Below are positions 30,420-41,091 of a DNA stretch of 64,000 nucleotides, in pieces. The position numbers and the translations under genes were made by a program. Where the stretch lies: positions 1,696,001-1,760,000 of the forward strand of contig CBDHHL010000032.1 in the NCBI GenBank assembly GCA_965263355.1. Direction: 5' to 3'. Positions within the stretch are counted from its first letter, which is position 1. Every line of letters starts with the position of its first letter. This DNA comes from Leptolyngbyaceae cyanobacterium. GTDB lineage: Bacteria; Cyanobacteriota; Cyanobacteriia; Phormidesmidales; Phormidesmidaceae. Under the pieces are notes generated by a model, which worked only from the letters and a program-made list of their open reading frames with translations, searched no databases and was not told the DNA's origin.

Positions 30420-33193
30420 ATGGGTCTACCAATTATTGTTGAGATCGCAATTGGGTTAGCTTTTATCTACTTGATCCTGAGCTTGCTGGCATCTGAGATC
30501 CAAGAACTGATTGGAACTATACTACAGTGGCGAGCCAAGCACCTAAAGGACTCGATCATCAACCTGTTTACCGGGGATGTGCACTCTAACCACAGTGTTC
30601 GCAAGGCTCAGCAATTAACTAAGCAAATTTATCAGCATCCTTTAATACAGGGAATAAACCAGGAGTCCAGAGGACTATTACCAAAATTCTTTAGGAGCAT
30701 CACTTGGGTTATTTCGTCCATATATCAGGCCATCGCTGGTAAAAAAGAGGGTGAATTTAACGATCAAAAAACGGCTCCCTCTTACATCTCTCGGGAAGCC
30801 TTTTCCACTTCTCTGTTGGAACAGCTAGGCACAAAGCATTTTGTGGAAAGATTAGTTGAGGCAAAGTTTTCCAGATTTGTTGGCTTAGTAGAAGGTAAGC
30901 TTGAGGGGGTTCTCGAATTATCTGGGAGAAAATTAGAGCAATATAAAAACCTTCAAGAAAAATTTCAAGAGATTGAAGACGAATTTATTGATAAAAAGAT
31001 TGACTTAGACAGCGCTATTAACAGTGTGTCACAAAGGCTTGATATTTTTTTAAGACAGCTTCAAAAGAAGTCCGACTCTGTTGACCAGGCTGGCGCTAGT
31101 AAGGATGAGGCTATCTCTAAAGAGCTGCAAGAATGGAAAATACGCTTCTTTGTTGAGAAGCTCGAGAAATCAAATATAGGAACAGAGCAAATAATTAAAA
31201 ATGCAAACACGGAACAAATAATTAAAAACTTTGGACTGAGTCCCAACCTTCAGGAGATTGTAGAGTCTATCGATAAAGGTAGCAAAGTCTACAATACCTA
31301 TAAGCAACAATTTCAAAAGTATGATCAGAATAGACTTGCGTCTGTTCATGCAGATTTGACCATGTTTGAAAACTTTTTGAGTGGTTTTCTCAAAGGCATG
31401 GTAGAGGAGTTCTATAGTGGAAAGAAGGAAAACTTTTTGCAGCAGTGGCTACGTGAGATAGAAACGTTAGATACTGAGTTTCTTACGAGTAAAGATGATG
31501 CGTCTACGCAGACATTTGATAGAAGCAAGAGGCCTCTGTCGGAAATTAACGAAGTTATCCTAAAGAAGTTAGATGAGTGCTTGAATGGGATTGAGTCCCT
31601 TGAGGGAAAAAATGGGGCGGCTCAAAAGCTCAAGTATAGTCTTAAAGCTTTTAAAGTCGGATCATTTGGCCTATTTTTGACCCTTGGATTTTTTATTTTT
31701 GCTGGGCTGTCAAATCTATCTTTGCCCGGTGCGCTATCTATAATCTTTTCGCAGCAGCGCTTGCTAGTCTTAAAGCTTTTAGAGAGGGGTTTGCTGGGCA
31801 CCGGTTCAACTTGCTGCGTCACATCTGGGTATTTAGGGCGTCGATTGTTACGAAAGTCGGATCATTTGGCCTATTTTTGACCCTTGGATTTTTTATTTTT
31901 GCTGGGCTGTCAAATCTATCTTTGCCCGGTGCGCTATCTATAATCTTTTCGCAGCAGCGCTTGCTTGGTCGTTGGGGGGGAGCTGTCTTTCTAAGTGTGC
32001 TGATTCTTTCGCCACTTCTGCTGTACCGCGCTTTACAGGCATTTTTTGCTTGGAGAAAGCAAGTTAAAAAGAGAAGATGGTATGGAGAAGTAATAGGTGC
32101 GGATGCTGAGCCTAAAAAGCCTCTGGCAGGAATATTTGATAGCTATTTTGCTTCAGATGAGTTTTCAATCAATTATGATAATAGCCCAGACACTCATATT
32201 GATGTTGCACAAGACGAGCCTCGAGCTAAAGCCTTACAAGCGCAGAAAACTAAATTCTCCCAAGAAATTTCTCAGCGATTGCGAGAAATTTCTGAAGAGC
32301 AAACCGATCTTTATGGTGAGATGAAAGACCTGGGTCGCAGTTTCAGGCGTTACTATTTAAGGTTTTTGCTTGAAAATGCTGACATTGATCTGGCCTTTAT
32401 TCCTAGCTCAGTCAAACAAAGTTTGGCTGTGTTGATTCGACGCTCGAAGACCAGCGCAAAGCAAGCAGAAGACCAAATTCTCTACCTGAAGGAGGAAGTA
32501 GAAGCCTGGTACGATCGTTCTATGGAGAGGGCTTCAGGGGTGTATAAGCGCAATGCCAAGGGAATTTCTATTCTGATTGGTGTTGTTCTAGCCATTGCCG
32601 TTAATGCAAACTCAATCCACATTCTCGATCAGCTAGCCTTTGATCAAGAGTTGCGAGAAACGGTGGCGCTCAGGGCAGAAAATCTGGTTGAGCAGATTGA
32701 TTCATCTGATGGCTTAAGTGAAGAAGAACAAGACAGCCTTTCCCAGGCCTCGCAGCTGTTGGATGATATGGACTTGCCCATAGGCTGGGATCCAGATTTG
32801 ATTGGCGAGGAGTTTAAATGTGAGCCGATAAGTGAAGATAATAAAAATCAAAATAATACTTTAGAGTCGCCAGAACCTCAGCCGGAAGCGTCCTCTGAGC
32901 AGGGGAGTCCATGGAATACGCTTTTCAAAGATTGTCTTTATGAAACCGCAGATGAGGTTACTCAATCGCCGGATAATTTTTTCCCGCCGACTGCGATCGC
33001 AGCGATCTTTTTAGCCGATCCCCTAGTCGGGTTGAAATTTTTACTAGGTTGGACATTAACAGGAATTGCCATCTCGATGGGAGCATCATTCTGGTTTGAT
33101 CTGCTAAGCAAGCTAGTCAAGGTACGCAATACCGGTAAGCAACTCTCTACTTCATCTGCAGAGTCAGACACCCAGAAGGTTACGGACACTTGA
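30420..33193 (+). pseudogene. Conserved hypothetical membrane protein split by a 128-bp insertion (881 aa if repaired)
   Basis: N-terminus IGLAFIYLILSLLASEIQE and C-terminus WYDRSMERASGVYKRNAK...GASFWFDLL belong to one family; removing 128 bp joins the two ORFs. Confidence 0.7.
31653..31965 (+). repeat. Exact 113-bp direct repeat (31653-31765, 31853-31965) plus a 17-bp repeat (31637, 31765)
   Basis: Read directly from the sequence. Confidence 0.95.
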
Positions 33194-33404
33194 AGGTAGA
33201 GCTTAATTTCCATTTTCCATTACTGACCCAGGGGGTGACTGTTTCCGAGTGTTGAACCATGGCTTACCTCGAATCGACCACTGTAGTATCAGAAACAGGA
33301 TACTAAACATGTCAGCTGCGGTCACAAACACTTTGATACTGCGTAGCCAACTGAGAGGTTGCTCTACGTTGTCAACGCTACGCTTGTTGTTGAGGGCCAT
33401 ATGA

Positions 33405-34835
33405 CTAATCAGGATTAAATCCGTCTTTTGTCATCACACCAATGGAGAGGAGTTCGTAACCTGTTGGAGTATCCGGGTTAATCTTTACCCTAACTAGACG
33501 CACAGCGTCATTTGCATAGTTGTCAATGGCCTGTTGGACACTCTGCCTGGTTTGGGCCTGTTTTAGGCCTGTAATGACTGATTGAGTTGCGTCATAACTA
33601 GCAGACGTCGTCCAGTCAACCGTTTGCCCCCAAAGGGCTTGGGATTTATCATTAAATGGTGATGCAGCACTTTGATAGAAACTATCAGGTACCGCCAAAA
33701 TAGTCCCGGTAGCCATTGAGCCAAACAGGTTTAAGACATCTGGACTAAAAAGCTCGTGACCACCGAAAACGTGACGATAAAAGTGGTCAACTTGATCGTT
33801 GGGAATAATTTCGATGGACTCGGTGGCGGTTTCAAGGGGACTGTTTCCTGGGGACAAGACAAAGATTTCTGCCTCTGGCGTCTCAGTTGGTGCACTATCG
33901 GGTAAAGCAGCTAGATTTATCTCAGCCATCATTGTCCCTTGGTTTACCTTAAGCGCCTCTTCAAAATCTGATTTAAACGAGAGGCTATAATCACTATTGC
34001 CATCGTAGAAAAGAATAGCAGTGCGATGATTTAACTTTGCCATATAGAATGCTAGGGCATCTGCGATCGGTACATCTCTGGCAAGTAATGGTTTTATCGC
34101 GGGGCTAGCAACTGACTGAGTCGATATAAAGGGTAATGCACCGTTAGCGTAAATTTCGCCTGCTGCATTGGCAGTTGCTGTAGTGCCATGACCAATCACG
34201 CCGACAACGTCTGGTAGGTCACTTAATTCAGTGGCAATCTGCTGGGCTAGTTCAACGTCGCCCTGATCATCCGTCACCAAAACCTGCAATGGTTTGCCTT
34301 GAATGCCACCCGCCTGATTAATTTCCGTTTGGGCCTGAGCTACACCGCGCAATAAATTTGAAGCTACTGTTGGTTCTGCCTGCAGTGGTACAATCACCGC
34401 CAGACCATGGGCTTCTTGCTCACCAATACGAGAATTATTGAGGTAAATCAAGGTTTCTGGATCAGACATATCTGCCCTACGAGCGCTTTCAAAGGCCTCT
34501 ATGGCAGTACTGTAGTCTCCAGCTGCGATCGCATCGGCACCTTTAGTCTTTATGGGTAATGCAGACGTCGCCAGCAAAACTTGATTTCCTTGACTAAGCT
34601 GGCTAGCTGGTTCTTCCGGCTCCGCCTCCGCTTCAATCACCTCTAACTGAACGTCTTCAGATAACTGCTGCGAAGGACCATTGTCGAGGCCCAACTCACT
34701 ACGACTCAGCCAGGTTAAGCCCAAGAAAGCAGCGCCCAAAACCCCCGCTGCAATCAAGAACACCTTGATATTAAATAGATCCTGGTCTTTTACAGTATCC
34801 GCATGACGGAAGTTACTTCCGCTTTCAGGTTTCAT
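33405..34835 (-). CDS. Branched-chain amino acid-type (PBP1/LivJ-like) substrate-binding protein with N-terminal TM
   Basis: DPETLIYLNN, LRGVAQAQTEINQAGGIQGKPL, VVGVIGH. Confidence 0.8.
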   Translation of the reverse strand: MKPESGSNFRHADTVKDQDLFNIKVFLIAAGVLGAAFLGLTWLSRSELGLDNGPSQQLSEDVQLEVIEAEAEPEEPASQLSQGNQVLLATSALPIKTKGADAIAAGDYSTAIEAFESARRADMSDPETLIYLNNSRIGEQEAHGLAVIVPLQAEPTVASNLLRGVAQAQTEINQAGGIQGKPLQVLVTDDQGDVELAQQIATELSDLPDVVGVIGHGTTATANAAGEIYANGALPFISTQSVASPAIKPLLARDVPIADALAFYMAKLNHRTAILFYDGNSDYSLSFKSDFEEALKVNQGTMMAEINLAALPDSAPTETPEAEIFVLSPGNSPLETATESIEIIPNDQVDHFYRHVFGGHELFSPDVLNLFGSMATGTILAVPDSFYQSAASPFNDKSQALWGQTVDWTTSASYDATQSVITGLKQAQTRQSVQQAIDNYANDAVRLVRVKINPDTPTGYELLSIGVMTKDGFNPD

Positions 34836-35199
34836 AAAAATATAAAGTTAGTAGATTTTCAGTTGATGCTTATAGATAGCAGATGTATGAAGGCAAGAAC
34901 CAGGTTGATATATCTACGAAAAAATTCGATAGTTTATCATAGTATACAAGTTATTTACATCGCAAAATTGCTGAACCCCCCTGGCATGGATGAACCATCA
35001 GGAAGCTCTGACAGATATTAAATCTAAGCCAGATTTATGGGGTTATATATGGGGTTAAGTTTTGGTGGGAGGAACATTTAGCATTCCTCTGTGAGTTAAT
35101 AGGGTCGCTAAAATTCCGGCTAATAGGCCCCAAAATGCTGAACTAATGCCAAAGAGGCTGATGCCTGAAGCGGTGACCAGGAAAGTGAGGCATGAATCG

Positions 35200-35300
35200 T
35201 ATTTACTAACTGGGTCAGCTCATCCAGGGATATATTTTCGGCATAGTGCTCTTCGAGGTAAGTACATGCCAGGGCGGCAGCCTTTAATTCTGGTTTGGCA
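35200..35300 (-). pseudogene. AraC-family regulator fragment
   Basis: YLEEHYAENISLDELTQLVN, the start of an AraC HTH; the rest is missing. Confidence 0.55.
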
Positions 35301-35480
35301 GATTTAACCCTAAAGGAATTTTCTGCATTGAGATTGGACACGAAGATTAATTTTATTTAGTTAACTCTCAGTTGGATCTTAATTAAGTATGCGTGGAGAT
35401 TCAGTTGGCTTCTCTATCTTGAGAATTGTCAAGGGTGATAGCCCAATGGTTAGCGCCTTAGTTGAATCGAGGTTTTTGAA

Positions 35481-35657
35481 ATGAAACGCTTCTTGTTATC
35501 GAGCCTAACAGTTCTAATGTCCATGGGGGCAATTGCTAGTACCGCCAGTGCCGCACAGGTGGGTCTTGGTAATCCCATTGCTGATCTCAATCAGGATGGT
35601 CGAGTGACTCTCCATGAAGTAGTTCTCTATAATCGTGATCAGCGCAATAAAAACTAA
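35481..35657 (+). CDS. Small secreted protein with a single EF-hand-like loop (58 aa)
   Basis: RBS GAGG; MKRFLLSSLTVLMSMGAIASTASA signal; DLNQDGRVTLHE. Below the ORF-track size cut-off. Confidence 0.7.
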   Translation: MKRFLLSSLTVLMSMGAIASTASAAQVGLGNPIADLNQDGRVTLHEVVLYNRDQRNKN

Positions 35658-35741
35658 GGAACAAAATTTACAGGATATCTCAGTATCTTTGTTGGGGCGC
35701 ACATTGATGCGCCCAGCAGATTTAGATAGTGACCAAGTTCC

Positions 35742-36386
35742 TTAGGTCAAAGCCTTTTTTGCGGTTTCTTCCATTTGTTTCGCCGCCGCCGCTTTACGTT
35801 CACTGTAGCGGTCGGTAAGCTCATCTACCTTATCCCGTAGCAATAGGGTAAACCGATAGAGTTCTTCCATGACATCCACTACGCGGTCTCGGTAGGCGGA
35901 CTCTTTCATCGTGCCATCTTCATTAAATTCCTGGTAGGCCTTGGCCACCGATGACTGGTTAGGAATGGTAAACATTCGCATCCACCGACCCAAAATACGC
36001 ATAGTATTGATAGCGTTAAAGGACTGGGAACCGCCGGATACCTGCATAACAGCTAATGTGCGTCCTTGGGTGGGTCGAATGGCTCCCATACTTAACGGAA
36101 TCCAGTCGATTTGGGTTTTCATCAAACCCGAGATATTGCCATGAAGTTCTGGGCTAGACCAGACCTGTCCTTCTGACCACAGTGAGAGTTCACGTAGCTC
36201 CTGCACCTTTGGGTGGGTGTCAGGTTCTGCTCCATGGAGGGGTAATCCCCGAGGATTAAAAAAATTTACTTCGGCTCCAAAGTCTTCAATAATGCGGGCT
36301 GCTTCCTCCGCCAGCAAGCGACTGTAGGAACGCTCACGGAGAGAACCATAGAGAAAGAGAATCCGGGGTTTGTGATCGAAAGTCAT
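35742..36386 (-). CDS. arsH: Arsenical resistance flavoprotein ArsH
   Basis: [57 protein letters not shown]. Confidence 0.95.
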   Translation of the reverse strand: MTFDHKPRILFLYGSLRERSYSRLLAEEAARIIEDFGAEVNFFNPRGLPLHGAEPDTHPKVQELRELSLWSEGQVWSSPELHGNISGLMKTQIDWIPLSMGAIRPTQGRTLAVMQVSGGSQSFNAINTMRILGRWMRMFTIPNQSSVAKAYQEFNEDGTMKESAYRDRVVDVMEELYRFTLLLRDKVDELTDRYSERKAAAAKQMEETAKKALT

Positions 36387-36432
36387 AGGAGGAAAAGAAA
36401 ATTTAGGAGTGAAGATTTTGCAGGATTCGAAA

Positions 36433-36478
36433 ATTAATCTTGTAGAGGGGTTCCATGGAACGTCCCTACAAGATTAAT
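36433..36478. repeat. GTAG-type REP-like palindrome
   Basis: ATTAATCTTGTAG...CTACAAGATTAAT. Confidence 0.7.
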
Positions 36479-36480
36479 CT

Positions 36481-36800
36481 CTAGGTCTTGAGCAATAAAC
36501 TAACGCCTAAGACCATCAGCAACAGTAGCACAAGGCGTTTATAGACATCCGAACTGAGTTGCTTGCGGACATGGGCACCCAAGGTAATGCCAAGGGCTAC
36601 AAATAGGGTGCCGACGACGGCTACTACCAGCATGGGTAGCGAAATTAATCCAAACTTGCTCAAACCAATCAGCATAAAAATGCTGGAAAAGGTAAATGAC
36701 AGGTTAATAGCCGTGACAAACACGTCCCGATTAAGGTTCAGGGCCAAAAGGTAGGGCAAAATTGGCATGACCTGTGAGCCTGTAATACCGTTAATAATAT
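36481..36800 (-). pseudogene. TauE/SafE sulfite exporter family, C-terminal half only
   Basis: NGITGSQVMPILPYL...LGAHVRKQLSSDVYKRLVL, about 105 aa. Confidence 0.65.
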
Positions 36801-36802
36801 AG

Positions 36803-37429
36803 TTAACTAGCGGCGTGGGCAATGGAGCTAGCCATAATGGAACATTGGTATTTGAGCTGGCGATCGCAACTGATCAACAGCTCAAATACTTTATCTTCAC
36901 CCAGGGTAGCCAGCTGAGGTTCAATACTGCAATAGCGTCGCAGATATTCGAGATAGATAGCTTTATGGTGCTCCTCAGTCAGGTCAGGCTCGACCTGAAC
37001 AACAAAGTCATAGTCTTCGATGGTCTTATTTTTGCCATTACAGTTACCCTCGGTCAGATCGACACGATAGTCTTTATAGACTAAAAAGCAGTGGCTCTGG
37101 GGAATAAAGTCAAGTCCATGGGGCTGGAGAATGGCGTTAACTCCGGTGACAATATCGTCATTTAGACGGTAAAAACCAAGATGTTTGGAAATGGGTAGGT
37201 TGTGGGCATTGGCCAGTCTTGCGATCGCACCATGTTTTGTGGTGCAGTTACCATACCCTTCCTCGAACAGAATCAGTGAATCCTCACTGCTAGAATTTGC
37301 TGCATAAGGCAAGGCTTTAACCCAATGACACGCCTGTTGAAATGTAGTTAGTTCTCGCTGCAGACATTGTTCGGCAATCGGATCACCGGGTTGAAGATCG
37401 ACGTTAGGCAAAACATTTATCGGATGCAT
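36803..37429 (-). CDS. Hypothetical protein, possible transglutaminase-like fold
   Basis: VKALPY, GNCTTKH, PQSHCFL and RVDLT give a candidate Cys-His-Asp triad. Confidence 0.65.
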   Translation of the reverse strand: MHPINVLPNVDLQPGDPIAEQCLQRELTTFQQACHWVKALPYAANSSSEDSLILFEEGYGNCTTKHGAIARLANAHNLPISKHLGFYRLNDDIVTGVNAILQPHGLDFIPQSHCFLVYKDYRVDLTEGNCNGKNKTIEDYDFVVQVEPDLTEEHHKAIYLEYLRRYCSIEPQLATLGEDKVFELLISCDRQLKYQCSIMASSIAHAAS

Positions 37430-37484
37430 AGGATGGTTGGAGATTAAGACAACAGATTAAAACAACAAACTATGTACTTTGACG

Positions 37485-38270
37485 CTACGGTAACAAACTT
37501 TTCTGTTCAAATAACCACATTGGCAATGCCTCGTTTGCATAGGCAGGATCCCAGGCATTATGGCCTACATCAATAAGCTCAGTGTATTGTACGTCAGCCC
37601 CAACAGACCCTAATGCTGTCATCATACGGCGAGATTCTTCTACTGAGACAACGTCATCCATATCACCGTGGAAGATCCAAACAGGAATCTCTTTAATCCG
37701 TTCTGCTACCTCTGCATAAATATCTGGGCTAGAGTCCGGTACAAATGAAGGAAATCCATCCATCCCTTCCACATAGCCACAAATGGGTACCAAAGCTGCA
37801 AACCGTTCTGGATATGAATAGCCCAGATACCAGGTACCCTCCCCTCCTAGAGATATCCCGGTCAGATACACTCGCGATTTGTCAATGCTGAACTCTTCAA
37901 GGGTTTCGTCCAAAGCGGCCATAGCAATTTGCCCTGCCAGATCCTGCCAAATTAAGTCGGCATCATCGGGAACTTGCGGAAAAATAGCTAGCGTTGGCCA
38001 GCGGTCTGGATTAGACCGGATGGCGCTGCCCAGACCCACTTCAGTTTGCTTTAACCCTTCATCTCCATATTCACCAGCCCCGTGGAGAAACAGAACTGCA
38101 GGCCATTCGTTAACAGATTCGTAGTTACGGGGCACGTATACCTGATAGGCGTACTCAATGCCGTCAAGGGTGAGGGTCCGATCTAAAAAGCCGGTTTCGG
38201 TAACCTGAGCCAGGGCCGTCCCAGGTACGAGCAAAAGCGCTGTGGTCAAAAATGCCTGCATAGTTGTCAT
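37485..38270 (-). CDS. Secreted alpha/beta-hydrolase (esterase/peptidase)
   Basis: Signal peptide, FLHGAGE, GISLGG nucleophile elbow, FHGDMDDVV, GHNAW. Confidence 0.85.
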   Translation of the reverse strand: MTTMQAFLTTALLLVPGTALAQVTETGFLDRTLTLDGIEYAYQVYVPRNYESVNEWPAVLFLHGAGEYGDEGLKQTEVGLGSAIRSNPDRWPTLAIFPQVPDDADLIWQDLAGQIAMAALDETLEEFSIDKSRVYLTGISLGGEGTWYLGYSYPERFAALVPICGYVEGMDGFPSFVPDSSPDIYAEVAERIKEIPVWIFHGDMDDVVSVEESRRMMTALGSVGADVQYTELIDVGHNAWDPAYANEALPMWLFEQKSLLP

Positions 38271-38377
38271 TGATCAGCCTCCAGGTCCTGCTAACGCGTG
38301 ACTGCTGTCTTAGCATAAACGTTCCGACCCAAATCTCACGGGCATTCTGGCGATAGTTAACGGAGTTATTCGACAAA

Positions 38378-39421
38378 CTACGTCCACAACCCACTGTAAA
38401 TCAGGCCTGCAATCACTGACCCAATGAACGCAAACCCAAGGTAGGCAAGGAATACAGGGCGTTTGGCCAAGGCAAATACCGCAATCATGGCCGGAATACT
38501 GGTGGCACCACCGGCTAATAAAAACGCCATGCCAGCCCCTGGAGCCATACCCTGGTTAACCAAACCCTCTACGAGTGGCAAAGCAGCATAACCATTCAAG
38601 TAGGCGGGAATACCCACCAAGGCGGCACCCACTACGGACAGCAGACCGCCATTACCAGCTACAGTCTGAATCCAGGCATTGGGCACGTAGACCAACATTA
38701 AACTTTCTAGTACAAATGCCAGGGCCAACCATTTACCTAAGAACCAGGCATTTTTACGGGCACCTTTCCAAAACTTTTGTCGGCGCTCAACCTCAGGCCA
38801 GAATTTCCACACAACAGGCTTTGGATTGCGCACACGACTGCCACCACAGCCGCCATTACCTACACCCTCTCGCAAAGGGTTTCTAAAAGCTGCGGCCGCT
38901 ATACCTGAGTTCATTAGGGCCAGGGTGCCGAATCCGCCGAGTAGGCCAATGGCAACGGTTGCCAGGGTTTTTGCGATCGCAAACTGCAAGCCCAAAGTAC
39001 CCAGGGTAAGAATAAACATGGATGGATCCATCAGTGGAGAAGATAGCCAAAACGCCATTACTGCTGAAACCGGCACTCCCATGGAAAGCAGAGCGGCAAT
39101 CAGTGGGATCACACCACAGGAGCAGAAGGGAGAAAAGGCTCCAAACAGTGACGCCACCATAATCATGACCGAGATACGTCCCTGGAACGCTTTGGCAATC
39201 AGATTATCGGCACCAGTTGCCTGAGCGTAGGCCGCAATCCCAATAGACAGTAGTAAAAAAGGAGAAACATGTATTAGGTTTCTGACTGTAAAGTCTAAAC
39301 TATTCGAGACCTGTGGTGGCACCAAGATAGTTAGCACCAAAAAGATCAGGACAATGGTGATAAAGACCTTGTCCAGTTGTCGAACACTGCGGTTAAAGCG
39401 ATTGAGGACAGTTGAAGTCAT
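38378..39421 (-). CDS. ArsP-like (DUF318) permease
   Basis: SPFCSCGVIP, FWLSSPLMDP, GIPAY; lies between arsR and arsH. Confidence 0.8.
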   Translation of the reverse strand: MTSTVLNRFNRSVRQLDKVFITIVLIFLVLTILVPPQVSNSLDFTVRNLIHVSPFLLLSIGIAAYAQATGADNLIAKAFQGRISVMIMVASLFGAFSPFCSCGVIPLIAALLSMGVPVSAVMAFWLSSPLMDPSMFILTLGTLGLQFAIAKTLATVAIGLLGGFGTLALMNSGIAAAAFRNPLREGVGNGGCGGSRVRNPKPVVWKFWPEVERRQKFWKGARKNAWFLGKWLALAFVLESLMLVYVPNAWIQTVAGNGGLLSVVGAALVGIPAYLNGYAALPLVEGLVNQGMAPGAGMAFLLAGGATSIPAMIAVFALAKRPVFLAYLGFAFIGSVIAGLIYSGLWT

Positions 39422-39437
39422 GGTAGAGGTCCTTCGG

Positions 39438-39459
39438 TATTTCGAGAAATATCAAAATA
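39438..39459. promoter_or_regulatory. Putative ArsR operator 1
   Basis: TATTTCGA-gaaata-TCAAAATA, just upstream of the permease RBS. Confidence 0.65.
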
Positions 39460-39524
39460 ATGGTTGAAATTTTTGCCTTTAGTAGGGTCATTGAGTGCAA
39501 TACTCCTATGGGTTTTTGGCAAAA

Positions 39525-39902
39525 TTAATCTGGACGATCATGACAGGACAGCGGTTCAGTAATGTCAGTTAGCTCAAAGGTTTCAGGGTTAACCACACGA
39601 TTGCGAGTGCAGCATTCCTCAAAGAGGAAATCAATCAGATATTTGAGGGCGCTTGACTGAACGTTATACCAGATCCACTGGCGATCTTTCTCAGCCTGGA
39701 CAATGCCGACCTGACGCAGCTTGTCTAAATGGTGAGACAGTGTGGAAGCCGTAAGTCCCAGTTCCCGTTGAATTTCGCCTGCTGGTAACCCTTTGGGATA
39801 GGCCGATAAGAGAAGCCGCACGATGTTAAGTCGCGAAGGCTGACCTAAAGCCGCAAAGGCAGCGGCGATTTCTTCGACGGAACGAGATTGGGTATCTGAC
39901 AT
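39525..39902 (-). CDS. arsR: ArsR/SmtB repressor with C-terminal Cys-Cys metalloid site
   Basis: FAALGQPSRLNIVRLL, STLSHHLDKL, FLFEECC. Confidence 0.88.
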   Translation of the reverse strand: MSDTQSRSVEEIAAAFAALGQPSRLNIVRLLLSAYPKGLPAGEIQRELGLTASTLSHHLDKLRQVGIVQAEKDRQWIWYNVQSSALKYLIDFLFEECCTRNRVVNPETFELTDITEPLSCHDRPD

Positions 39903-39923
39903 ATTTCGATAATCGTCAAAATA
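39902..39923. promoter_or_regulatory. Putative ArsR operator 2
   Basis: TATTTCGA-taatcg-TCAAAATA, touching the arsR start codon. Confidence 0.65.
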
Positions 39924-39951
39924 CCTAAAATTGTCAAGGGGGGATGCCGTG

Positions 39952-40797
39952 TTAGCGATGTGTTTGTCGATGATTGATAAAAGGAAGTATTAGCATCCAC
40001 TGTAGCTGGGCCACCCGTCGATCTTTTTGGTATTCTGTTAGGCCAATTGTCATCTCTTTGTAGCCCATGGAGGGACGATGCCGATAGGTGCCAAATAGAT
40101 AGTCCCACCAGGGAAGGTTAAATCCGTAATTACTATTGGTTTCTTGGGGAATAGTAGAATGATGAATGCGATGCATGTCTGGAGTCACAACAAACCAACG
40201 CAGGCAACAATCTAGCGCGTGTGGCAAACGGACATTTCCATGATTAAACATTGAAGTAGCATTGAGAATCACTTCAAAGAACAGAACAGCAATCACTGGA
40301 GTCCCCAAAAGCAGAACAATCGAAATTTTACCAATCATGGATAGCAAAATTTCGAGGGGGTGAAATCGTAAACCCGTTGTTACATCAAAATCCAGGTCAG
40401 CATGATGCACCCTATGGAGTCGCCAGAGCGCTGGCAGAGCATGAAACAAAGTGTGTTGCAAATAGGTGGTGAAATCTAAGCAAATGATAGACAGGAGGAC
40501 CATCTGCCAGTGGGGCATAGGAACAGCATAAAACAACCCCCATTGCTGTTCTGCCGCAGTGGCTGCAACGCCTACCAATGCTAGGGGAAATACGGCTCGC
40601 AAAAGCACAGTACCCAGAATCAATAAGCCACCATTGTTAACCCAACGCATCCACCTGGGCATTGAAAGATGGCGGTGAGGAGCACGCATCTCCCAAAGAC
40701 TCATTATTAGAAGAATGCCGAAGAAAAAGCTGAATCGAATCATAGATTCATGCTTTAAGGGCTGAATTTCAGCGCTAATCATCCCATGTATTCCCAA
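39952..40797 (-). CDS. Sterol desaturase/fatty acid hydroxylase family protein
   Basis: His boxes HTLFH, HRVHH, FNH, HRIHH, plus NYG and WWDYLFGT. Start uncertain. Confidence 0.88.
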   Translation of the reverse strand: MGIHGMISAEIQPLKHESMIRFSFFFGILLIMSLWEMRAPHRHLSMPRWMRWVNNGGLLILGTVLLRAVFPLALVGVAATAAEQQWGLFYAVPMPHWQMVLLSIICLDFTTYLQHTLFHALPALWRLHRVHHADLDFDVTTGLRFHPLEILLSMIGKISIVLLLGTPVIAVLFFEVILNATSMFNHGNVRLPHALDCCLRWFVVTPDMHRIHHSTIPQETNSNYGFNLPWWDYLFGTYRHRPSMGYKEMTIGLTEYQKDRRVAQLQWMLILPFINHRQTHR

Positions 40798-41091
40798 AGT
40801 GCCTTTAGTTTAAGATAGATTTCTGTTAATTTAATAATTTGTCGCTAGACTCAACTTCATATTTTTTCATGTCTGGCTTTACAATTTAAATGCCTTAAAT
40901 TAAGAAACGGTAAATCATAGCAATGCTTTTGGGAAACGTGTGTGCTATTAAAGGCTACAAATAAAGCCGTTAGAGCGTTATTGATTAGGATCACGTAATT
41001 TTTACGCCATATTCAAAGTTGAAGTGCCTACGAGTATGCTTGAGGATAGTGCAGGCTACGGCACAAGAAGTTTTGCCCCAGGCTTCCCCCT

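Noticed and set aside
38352..38378. attC R'-like end before the esterase gene
   Set aside because: No matching left half, and no site at the other end of the gene.
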